From Vicinamibacterales bacterium (lineage in GTDB: Bacteria; Acidobacteriota; Vicinamibacteria; Vicinamibacterales; UBA8438): a stretch of DNA of 64,000 bases. The translations under genes were made by a program, and so were the position numbers. The notes beneath the pieces are model-generated. The model did not search any database. It was not told where the DNA came from and saw only the letters and a program-made list of their open reading frames with translations. The stretch is from assembly GCA_965199675.1 (NCBI GenBank), contig CBDATI010000059.1, positions 78,291-142,290 on the forward strand, in the 5' to 3' direction. Below are positions 48,240-56,900 of the stretch, piece after piece (within the stretch, counting starts at the first letter, position 1; each line of letters begins with the position of its first letter).

Positions 48240-49958
48240 CTACCGGGCGGACTCTTTCGCATCCCTGCCGCGCAACCACGGTTTACGTTCGAAGTAGCTG
48301 TCCATCAGGGCCCGGGTCTGGCCCGACAGCGCCACCAGGGCGAGCAGATTCGGCAGGATCACGATGCCGAGCGCGATGTCTCCCAGGTCCCACGCGGCGG
48401 CGGGAGCGATCATCGCGCCCAGGAAGACCATCCCGACATAGACGAGCCGGTAGGGCAGGATGGCCCGCGACCCGAAGAGGTACGCGGCGCAGCGATCGCC
48501 GTAGTAGCTCCACGAGATGGCGGTGGAGACGGCGAAGAGCACCACGGAGAGCACCACGATGATCCCGCCCCAATCGCCGAGGGGACTGAGCCCGCGCTGG
48601 AAGCCGAGCTGGGTCAGCGGCGCGCCGCCCTCGGGGGCGTCGCCGTAGAGCACGGCGTGGACGGCGCCGTCGTCGGCGGTGGCGGCGCCGCCGCGCGTGT
48701 CGATGGTTCCCGTGAAGGGCGCCGTCTGCGCTTCGTCGACGAAGAACCGTTCCACCGGCACGTCGTGCCACGCGAAGGCCGCCTGGCCGGGCTCGATCTG
48801 CTGGCGGCCGTCGTCGACGCGGATCCGGGCCGGGGGTTCGACCTCCCGCAACGCTCCGTCGGGTCCCGTCACCACATAGGTCAGGTCGCCCCCGGCCAGC
48901 GTGAACTGCGAAGGCACGCGATCGTGGTGCACCCCGGTGATGACGATCACGAGGCAGGTCATGGTGACGATGACGATGGTGTCGATGAACGGCTCGACAA
49001 GACCCACCACCCCTTCCGACACCGGCTCGTCGGTCTTGGCGGCGGCGTGGGCGATGGGCGCCGACCCCTGTCCCGCCTCGTTCGAGAACAACCCGCGGTT
49101 GACGCCCCAGTTCAGGGTCACGAGGAGAACGCCGATGCCGGTGCCGGCGACCCCCGCGGTGGGGTTGAACGCCTCCCGCAGGATCAGCGCGAAGGTGGGG
49201 ACGACGGCGCCGGCGTTCATCAGGATGATGAGGAGCGCGCCGAAGACGTAGACGCTCGCCATCAGGGGCGCGAGAATCGAGGTGACCCGTCCGATGCGCG
49301 TGATGCCGCCCAGGATCACCGCCGCCACCGCCGAGGCCGCCAGCAGCCCCGTCACGACGTTGGGGGTGCCGAAGTTCGACTCCAGTGTGTCGGCGAGGGT
49401 GTTCGCCTGCACCGCGTTGCCCGTGATGAACGCGGTGAAGCCGAGGGCGATGGCGAAGAACACCGCCATCCACCGCCAGCGCTCGCCCATGCCCCGCTCG
49501 ATGTAGTACATCGGGCCGCCGGCCACCGTGCCCTCGTGCCGGCGGGCCTCCGCGTGCACGTCGCGGTAGCGCTGGGCCAGGGTCACCTCCGAGAACTTCG
49601 TGGCTGCGCCGAGCAGGGCCGTCATCCACATCCAGAACAGCGCCCCCGGGCCGCCGTAGTGGATGGCCCACGCCGCTCCCGCGATGTTGCCGATGCCCAC
49701 CGTGGCGGACAGGGCGGTGGTCAGGGCCTGGAAATGCGACACGTCGCCGGGGTCGTCGGGGTCGTCGTAGCGACCCGCCGTCACCGCGAACCCGTGGGCG
49801 AGGCGCCGCAACTGGACGAACCCCAGTCGAACGGTCAGGAACCCGCCCACCCCGAGCAGCGCGATGACCTTGAGGGGCACGACCTGCTCGCCGACGGGGA
49901 CGCCGAAGCTGTCGACGTAGAACTTGACGGTCCGGATGAGCTGCTCGAGGGTCTCCAT
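48240..49958 (-). CDS. alanine/glycine:cation symporter (AGCS) family transporter with ~100-aa insertion
   Basis: SHFQALTTALSATVGIGNIAGAAWAIHYGGPGALFWMW is the AGCS signature. At 572 aa it is longer than I recall for this family. Confidence 0.9.
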   Translation of the reverse strand: METLEQLIRTVKFYVDSFGVPVGEQVVPLKVIALLGVGGFLTVRLGFVQLRRLAHGFAVTAGRYDDPDDPGDVSHFQALTTALSATVGIGNIAGAAWAIHYGGPGALFWMWMTALLGAATKFSEVTLAQRYRDVHAEARRHEGTVAGGPMYYIERGMGERWRWMAVFFAIALGFTAFITGNAVQANTLADTLESNFGTPNVVTGLLAASAVAAVILGGITRIGRVTSILAPLMASVYVFGALLIILMNAGAVVPTFALILREAFNPTAGVAGTGIGVLLVTLNWGVNRGLFSNEAGQGSAPIAHAAAKTDEPVSEGVVGLVEPFIDTIVIVTMTCLVIVITGVHHDRVPSQFTLAGGDLTYVVTGPDGALREVEPPARIRVDDGRQQIEPGQAAFAWHDVPVERFFVDEAQTAPFTGTIDTRGGAATADDGAVHAVLYGDAPEGGAPLTQLGFQRGLSPLGDWGGIIVVLSVVLFAVSTAISWSYYGDRCAAYLFGSRAILPYRLVYVGMVFLGAMIAPAAAWDLGDIALGIVILPNLLALVALSGQTRALMDSYFERKPWLRGRDAKESAR

Positions 49959-50230
49959 GCCTGCGCTCCCATCCCGTCCCGCGGAACGGGACGGCCGATC
50001 GTCGGTGCGGGGCGACCTGCGGGCCGGACCTCGGCGCGCCCTTGCGGCCCGCGCACGGTCGGCCTGTCACCGGCCGCCTGCGTTCGGCCGGCGGCAGCAG
50101 GCGTTCAGCCCGCGCGACGGCGTCGATGACCTCCGGGTGGTGATGCCGGCCCGCATGGCCGGGTGGCGGCCGAAGTGCTGCGGCCTGTCAATGCCTGTTA
50201 CCGGTCGGGGCGACAGTATAGTAGGGATCG

Positions 50231-51169
<939 letters not shown>

Positions 51170-51259
51170 AGTGGCCTCGAATCGCGGCCGGCCGCGCCGG
51201 CCGGCGCCGAGGTCGAGGGCGCGGGGGGCGTCTGCGGGCGAGGAGCAGCGAGGCGTGGG

Positions 51260-52666
51260 TCAGTCGGCGGGCTGCTCGGTCCGGGACGCGCCCGCGTCCG
51301 TGCGGACCGCCTGAAGCACCCGTGGCAGCGCCTCTACAGCGTACAACGGCAACGAGAGAATACGCGCGGTCACGTCCTGGGTGCCCGTGGCGGTACGAAT
51401 GGCGTGGCGGACGGTCTGCAGGCTGGGCGGATTGGTGTCGAACCGCACCGCGATGGGCGGTCGTTTCTCGTGGGCGAACTGCAGGAGTGATTTCAACGCG
51501 CCGCTGCGTCCGGCCTTGACCTCGATCGGCACGAGCCAGTCCCGGTGCGAGACGACGTAGTCGATTTCCGCGTTGCCCCGCCGGGCGTGCCGCAGCCAGT
51601 AGTGGAGGTCCGGCGGGTGGTCGCCGCCGCTCAGCGCCGTCAGTTGCTGCCCCACGTACTGTTCGGCCACCCCGCCTTCGTTCACGAGCCGGGTATCGTC
51701 CAGCGTCTCGATGTCGGTCAGGTCCAGACCGCACAGGTGGTTCATCAGCCCCACGTCCATGAAGATCAGCTTGCTCGCCCGCTGGCCGGCGTCGGCGCCG
51801 AGCGGCAGCCCCGAACAGTGGGTGTGGGAGACGCGGTGGCAGACCCGCGCCTTGACCAGCAGGTCGATAGCCCGGCTCACTTCCGCCGCGCGCGCATCCG
51901 GGTCGAGACGGCGGTAGCTCACGGGCTGGCCCACGGATCGAGGCACGAGACGGAACAGCCGCTGGAGACGGGCGAGCGGCGTCCGCCGCGCGTACTTGGC
52001 GAAGTCGTCCTCATAGGTCGACGCGATGGACCGGTGGACGGCCGCCACCTCCAGCGGGGAACCCGATTCGCGGTACGCCAGTACCGCTTCGGGCAATCCG
52101 CCAACGACGAGATACTCGCGGAGCCGCCGGCCGAGTCGACGGTGGGCGGCCTCGGTCGGTGGCGCGTCCACGGCGAGGTCATCGAGAGGCCGGATCGCAG
52201 CCGGCTCGACCGCCGCCAGGAACTCGCGAAACGTCAGCGGCCCCAGATGCAGGTACTGAATGCGCCCGACCGGCATGGAGAATCCGTGGTCGGCGAGGGT
52301 GAACTCGAGCAGCGAGCCCGCCGCCACCACCGGCAGTTCCGGTCGGTCCTCGTACAGGTAGCGCAGAGCCGGCAGGGCATGGGGCGTCGCCTGCACCTCG
52401 TCCAGGAACAGGACCGCCTCGTCCAGTCGGGCGCCCCCGAGCGTCTCCAGCTCGCGCAGGATGCGGCCGGTGTCGAGGCTCTCGAACACGCGGTCGAGGT
52501 AGAGATGCCGCTCCAGGTTCACTTCGCAGAGCGCCATGCCGGCCGCCGCCGCGAACCGGCGAACCAGGGTCGTCTTCCCGACCTGCCGCGCCCCTCGCAG
52601 CACCAGCGGCTTGCGGCGGCGCGCCGTCAGCCAGCGTTGCAAGGTGTCTTCTACGATGCGCTTCAT
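51260..52666 (-). CDS. AAA+ ATPase with DUF4143 domain
   Basis: LVLRGARQVGKTTL (Walker A), LFLDEVQ (Walker B) and a DUF4143-like C-terminal half. TATAAT on the minus strand (52691-52696) lies in an AT-rich patch upstream. Confidence 0.85.
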   Translation of the reverse strand: MKRIVEDTLQRWLTARRRKPLVLRGARQVGKTTLVRRFAAAAGMALCEVNLERHLYLDRVFESLDTGRILRELETLGGARLDEAVLFLDEVQATPHALPALRYLYEDRPELPVVAAGSLLEFTLADHGFSMPVGRIQYLHLGPLTFREFLAAVEPAAIRPLDDLAVDAPPTEAAHRRLGRRLREYLVVGGLPEAVLAYRESGSPLEVAAVHRSIASTYEDDFAKYARRTPLARLQRLFRLVPRSVGQPVSYRRLDPDARAAEVSRAIDLLVKARVCHRVSHTHCSGLPLGADAGQRASKLIFMDVGLMNHLCGLDLTDIETLDDTRLVNEGGVAEQYVGQQLTALSGGDHPPDLHYWLRHARRGNAEIDYVVSHRDWLVPIEVKAGRSGALKSLLQFAHEKRPPIAVRFDTNPPSLQTVRHAIRTATGTQDVTARILSLPLYAVEALPRVLQAVRTDAGASRTEQPAD

Positions 52667-52867
52667 GACGATATAGACGTCTAAAATATCATTATAGGCG
52701 ACAATTCAGGCGTATCTACATGCTGTCGTGGCGTACGGCTCCCCGACCCGATCTGCGCGATTCCGGGCCGGCGAGTGCCCGTTCCGCGCGACGTCGGCGG
52801 CGGGAGACCCCAATCGTCGGACGACCCGCCGCGTCTGGTTTCAGACTGGTCGTACAATCCGGTCTCG

Positions 52868-52913
52868 AGTCACGAGTTCACATCGAGGGGAGTCACGAGT
52901 TCACATCGAGGGG
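52868..52913. repeat. perfect 23-bp direct repeat x2 (AGTCACGAGTTCACATCGAGGGG) abutting a TTGACC hexamer
   Basis: Units at 52868-52890 and 52891-52913 are read directly from the sequence. TTGACC lies at 52914-52919, about 105 bp upstream of the hsdM GTG. Confidence 0.85.
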
Positions 52914-53022
52914 TTGACCTTGGACATTGGCGCCTACGTTGCACTCATGGGCCACCGGAACGTCGGGAGGGGCGGCCGGACAGGGCTGCTGAGCGTCCAG
53001 GAGACGGACGGAGGGGCGTCCT

Positions 53023-55470
53023 GTGAGCAATCATGACCTGCACTGGATCGCCAACTACATCTGGGGCATCGCCGACGACGTGCTGCGCGACCTCTACGTC
53101 CGCGGCAAGTACCGCGACGTGATTCTGCCGATGACCGTGCTGCGCCGGCTCGACGCCGTGCTGGAGGACACCAAGCGGGCGGTGCTCGACATGGCAGGCC
53201 GGCTCGACCAGCACGGCGTCGTCGAGCAGGACTCGGCCCTGCGGCAGGCGGCGGGGCAGGCGTTCTACAACACGTCGCCGTTCACCCTGCACGACCTGCG
53301 CGCCCGCGCCAGCCGCCAGCAGCTCGAGGCCGACTTCCGGGCCTACCTCGACGGCTTCTCGCGCAACGTGCAGGACATCCTCGACAACTTCGAGTTCCGC
53401 AACCAGATCCCGCGCCTGTCGAAGGCCGACGCCCTGGGCACCCTGATTGAGCGGCTCACCTCGCCGGACATCAACCTCAGCCCGCATCCAGTGATGAACG
53501 CCGACGGCTCCATCCGGCATCCCGGCCTCGACAACCACGCCGTGGGCTCGATCTTCGAGGAGCTGGTCCGCCGCTTCAACGAGGAGAACAATGAGGAGGC
53601 GGGCGAGCACTGGACGCCGCGCGACGCCGTGCGGCTGATGGCCTGGCTCGTCTTCCTCCCGGTCGCCGACGACATCAAGTCCGGCACCTACCTGCTCTAC
53701 GATGGCGCCTGCGGCACCGGAGGCATGCTCACGGTCGCCGAGGAGACGCTGCAACAGCTCGCGGCCGAGCACGGGAAGGACGTCTCCACGCACCTGTACG
53801 GCCAGGAGATCAACGCCGAGACCTACGCCATCTGCAAGGCCGACCTGCTGCTGAAGGGCGAGGGCGAGGCGGCCGACAACATCGTCGGCGGCCCCGAGCA
53901 CTCCACCCTCGCCAACGACGCCTTCCCGGCTCGCGAGTTCGACTTCATGCTCTCGAACCCGCCGTACGGCAAGAGCTGGAAGACCGACCTCGAGCGCATG
54001 GGCGGCAAGCAGGCGATGCGCGACCCCCGCTTCGTCATCGACCACGCCGGCGACCCCGAGTACTCGCTGGTCACGCGCTCGAGCGATGGCCAGATGCTCT
54101 TCCTCGCCAACAAGCTCTCGAAGATGAAACAGGGCACGCCGCTCGGCAGCCGCATTGCCGAGGTGCACAACGGCAGCTCGCTCTTCACCGGCGACGCCGG
54201 GCAGGGCGAGAGCAACATCCGCCGCTGGATCATCGAGAACGACTGGCTGGAGGCCATCGTCGCCCTCCCCCTCAACCTGTTCTACAACACCGGCATCGCC
54301 ACTTACGTCTGGGTGCTCACCAACCGCAAACCCGAGCACCGCCGCGGCCAGGTGCAGCTCATCGACGCCACCGGGTGGTACCGGCCGTTGCGCAAGAACC
54401 TGGGCAAGAAGAACTGCGAGCTCGGCGAGGACGACATCACCCGCATCTGCGAGACCTTCTTGGACTTCGATGAGAGCGAGCAGTCGAAGATCTTCGACAA
54501 CGCCGCCTTCGGCTACTCGAAGGTGACCGTCGAGCGGCCGCTGCGCATCGAGGGAGCCGACCCGGAGCGCGTACACAAGGCGGCCGAGATCAAGGAGCTG
54601 AAGAAGAACGGCGCGCGCAGCGAGGATGCGCCGCCGATCATCCGCAAGGTCCACAAGCGGGGCACCGAGCCCGACCCGTTGCGCGGCCGGTTCGCGGCGA
54701 CCGTCAACGGCCGGCCGGCCTTGGTGGAGTACGAGCCGGACCCCGACCTGCGCGACACCGAGCAGATCCCGCTCACCGAGGCGGGCGGCATCGAGGCGTT
54801 CCTCCGTCGCGAGGTGCTGCCCTACGCCGCCGACGCCTGGTACCGGCCCGACAGTGTCAAGGTCGGCTACGAGATCAGCTTCACGCGCTACTTCTACAAG
54901 CCGAAGCCGATGCGGACCCTGGCCGAGATCCGAGCCGACATCCTCGCCCTGGAGCAGGAGACCGAGGGGATGCTGGGCGACATCCTCGCCGTCCGCGAGC
55001 GTCCGCCGGTCGAGCGCCTGCGCGTATACGCCGATACGTCGGTGATAGGCGGTTGCGAGGACCCCGAGTTCCGCGACCCGTCCCGCCGCTTGGTGGACCG
55101 CTTCGTCCGCGGCGATCTGATCCTCGTACTGTCGCCGCTCACGGTGGAGGAGCTCGCCGCGGCTCCGCCGTCGGTCCGCCGTGTCCTGGACACCGTGCCG
55201 CTCAACCACATCGAACGACTCCAGCGGAGCGTTGAAGCTCGGACGCTGGCCGCCGCCTATGTCGAGCGCGGCGCGCTGCCCGCACGGAGCGCAGTCGACG
55301 CCGAACACATTGCCATGGCCACCGTCGCCCAGGCCGACGTCCTGGTGAGCTGGAACTTCCGCCACATCGTCAGCTTGCGTCGCATGCGGGCGTACAATCG
55401 CATCAACCGGGCCCTGAAGCATCGGGCCATCGATATCCGCACGCCGAGGGAGATGAGCGATGACGGCTGA
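53023..55470 (+). CDS. hsdM: type I R-M DNA methyltransferase fused in frame to a C-terminal PIN-like domain
   Basis: 815-aa uninterrupted ORF with a GTG start and GGAGGGG upstream. The N-terminus IANYIWGIADDVLRDLYVRGKYRDVILPMTVLRRLD is HsdM-type. Motifs are DGACGTGGML and NPPYGKSW. From nt 55021 (aa 667) it reads RVYADTSVIGGCEDPEF..LTVEELAAAP..SAVDAEHIAMATVAQADVLVSWNFRHIV..IDIRTPREM, a PIN-like acidic-residue pattern. Confidence 0.85.
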   Translation: MSNHDLHWIANYIWGIADDVLRDLYVRGKYRDVILPMTVLRRLDAVLEDTKRAVLDMAGRLDQHGVVEQDSALRQAAGQAFYNTSPFTLHDLRARASRQQLEADFRAYLDGFSRNVQDILDNFEFRNQIPRLSKADALGTLIERLTSPDINLSPHPVMNADGSIRHPGLDNHAVGSIFEELVRRFNEENNEEAGEHWTPRDAVRLMAWLVFLPVADDIKSGTYLLYDGACGTGGMLTVAEETLQQLAAEHGKDVSTHLYGQEINAETYAICKADLLLKGEGEAADNIVGGPEHSTLANDAFPAREFDFMLSNPPYGKSWKTDLERMGGKQAMRDPRFVIDHAGDPEYSLVTRSSDGQMLFLANKLSKMKQGTPLGSRIAEVHNGSSLFTGDAGQGESNIRRWIIENDWLEAIVALPLNLFYNTGIATYVWVLTNRKPEHRRGQVQLIDATGWYRPLRKNLGKKNCELGEDDITRICETFLDFDESEQSKIFDNAAFGYSKVTVERPLRIEGADPERVHKAAEIKELKKNGARSEDAPPIIRKVHKRGTEPDPLRGRFAATVNGRPALVEYEPDPDLRDTEQIPLTEAGGIEAFLRREVLPYAADAWYRPDSVKVGYEISFTRYFYKPKPMRTLAEIRADILALEQETEGMLGDILAVRERPPVERLRVYADTSVIGGCEDPEFRDPSRRLVDRFVRGDLILVLSPLTVEELAAAPPSVRRVLDTVPLNHIERLQRSVEARTLAAAYVERGALPARSAVDAEHIAMATVAQADVLVSWNFRHIVSLRRMRAYNRINRALKHRAIDIRTPREMSDDG

Positions 55471-55921
55471 GCGCGACGAGAAGCGGTTCGATTGCGTGAA
55501 GTTCATGCGGGAACAGCGAGATCGACTCAGCGACAAGATGGCGACCATGAGCTCGGCGGAGTTCAGCGACTGGCTGGACAGCCGGCGCTACGACGACCCC
55601 GTCCTGCAGCGCCTCGCCAACCTGCCCCCTGGCCCCCGTTCGTCGCGCCACGAGGAAGGGACGAGCCCCGCGGACCACCGCGAGAGTCCGCCGGAGCAAG
55701 CAGGGTCCCCGACCGAGATCACCTTCGAGGTGCGGTCGGGCGGGCGCGACGGTCCGTACACCGCCCGGGCCCCCGGGTTCGGCCTCAGCGCCGCTGGCGG
55801 CTCCATCGAGGAGATCCGTCGGAACGTTCGGAAGGCGGTCGAACATCACTTCGACGACCTCGCGCGACGACCCCGCGCGATCCGTCTGCGTGTCGTCGGG
55901 GAAGAGGTGCTGCAGCTTTGA
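55460..55921 (+). CDS. two-part ORF: antitoxin-like N-terminus + HicB-like C-terminal domain
   Basis: 153 aa, overlapping the hsdM-PIN end by 11 nt. The N-terminus KRFDCVKFMREQRDRLSDKMATMSSAEFSDWL resembles, from memory, small proteins encoded beside SWNF-type PIN genes. The C-terminus EITFEVRSGG..YTARAPGFG..GGSIEEIRRNVRKAVEHHFDD..IRLRVVGEE is paralogous to the hicB product at 56420. Confidence 0.55.
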   Translation: MTAERDEKRFDCVKFMREQRDRLSDKMATMSSAEFSDWLDSRRYDDPVLQRLANLPPGPRSSRHEEGTSPADHRESPPEQAGSPTEITFEVRSGGRDGPYTARAPGFGLSAAGGSIEEIRRNVRKAVEHHFDDLARRPRAIRLRVVGEEVLQL

Positions 55922-55995
55922 CGGAAACCGTCGAGCAGTCTGCACGCGGCGGCAACCGAACCGATGCATTCGCTGGCCAAGATCCTCTACCGGGG

Positions 55996-56423
55996 GCCGA
56001 GATCAAGGCGCTGAAGGAGGCCGGCAAGTGCGGTGACGAGGCGCCGCCCGTCGTCCGCAAGGTCCACAAGCGGGGCACGGCCGCCGACCCGCTGCGCGGC
56101 CGGTTCGCGACCATCATCGACGGCCGGTCCGTCGTGGTGGAGTACGAGCCGGACCGCGACCTGCGCGACACCGAGCAGATTCCGCTCACCGAGAAGGGGG
56201 GCATCGAGGCGTTCCTCCGCCGCGAGGTTCTGCCCTATGCCGCCGATGCGTCGCACCGGCCCGACAGCGTGAAGGTCGGCCGAAGCCGATGCGGACCTTG
56301 GCCGAGATCCGCGCTGATATCTTGGCCCTGGAGCAGGAGACTGACGGCCTGCTGGCGGAGATTCTGGGCCACGGCGAACCGGCGCGACGCGATGAAGACG
56401 ACACCACGGGGATCGGACAATGA
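55996..56423 (+). pseudogene. diverged, internally deleted copy of an hsdM 3' end
   Basis: AEIKALKEAG..APPVVRKVHKRGTAADPLRGRFATIIDGRSVVVEYEPDRDLRDTEQIPLTEKGGIEAFLRREVLPYAADA..PDSVKVG aligns with hsdM codons at 54584-54870. A 34-nt stretch (tacgag..caagc, encoding YEISFTRYFYK) is missing. Past the deletion the other frame reads KPMRTLAEIRADILALEQETDGLLAEILGHGEPARRDEDDTTGIGQ*, with its stop overlapping the hicB ATG as ATGA. Confidence 0.8.
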
Positions 56424-56662
56424 CTGACAAACCAAACGCGGAGTCGCGGGCGCGGCCTTCGGAGATCATCTTCGAGGTCACCGAGGCGATCGAGGGGGGT
56501 TACGACGCCCGTGCGCTCGGCTACAGCATCTACACGCAGGGAGATGACTGGGACGATCTGAAGGAGATGGCGAGAGACGCGGTTCGCTGCCACTTCGATG
56601 ACGGCGATGCGCCGTGCGTGATCCGGCTGCATCTCGTGCGCGAGGAGGCCATCGCGGTATGA
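56420..56662 (+). CDS. hicB: HicB-like antitoxin
   Basis: 80 aa: SEIIFEVTEAIEGGYDARALGYSIYTQGDDWDDLKEMARDAVRCHFDD..IRLHLVREE. It is followed by an overlapping hicA (ATGA). Confidence 0.7.
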   Translation: MTDKPNAESRARPSEIIFEVTEAIEGGYDARALGYSIYTQGDDWDDLKEMARDAVRCHFDDGDAPCVIRLHLVREEAIAV

Positions 56663-56900
56663 AGCTGCCGCGCGATCTTTCGGGCACCGAGGTGGCTCGG
56701 CGGCTCGCCCGTCACTACGGCTACCGAGTGACTCGCAGCCGAGGCAGCCACATGACCGTGACGCGGATTATGAACGACAAGACCCATCAGGTCACCGTGC
56801 CCGCGATGTGCGCGTCGGCACGCTCGACGCGATCATCACCGATGTGGCGGCGTTCCTTGGCCTGACCAAGGGCGAGGTGCGCGACACGCTCTTCGGATAA
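56659..56900 (+). pseudogene. hicA: HicA-family mRNA interferase toxin, frameshifted
   Basis: MKLPRDLSGTEVARRLARHYGYRVTRSRGSHMTVTR...HQVTVPA then leaves the family pattern at about 56803-56811. The -1 frame continues as RVGTLDAIITDVAAFLGLTKGEVRDTLFG* and ends 3 nt before hsdS. The expected His after VTVP is missing. Confidence 0.7.

Noticed and set aside
49959-50230. Possible glycine riboswitch in the 5' leader of the AGCS symporter
   Set aside because: I read the minus-strand leader and did not find the conserved GGAGAG...CACCG/CTCTGGAGAG...ACCGAAGGGGCAA-type cores. Only a small hairpin (CCGTCCCG-ttcc-CGGGACGG) lies before the SD.
51170-51259. GC-rich palindrome (CGGCCGG-ccgcg-CCGGCCG) after folD as an intrinsic terminator
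   Set aside because: It has no U-tract, and such palindromes are common by chance in this composition. It is not reported as a feature.
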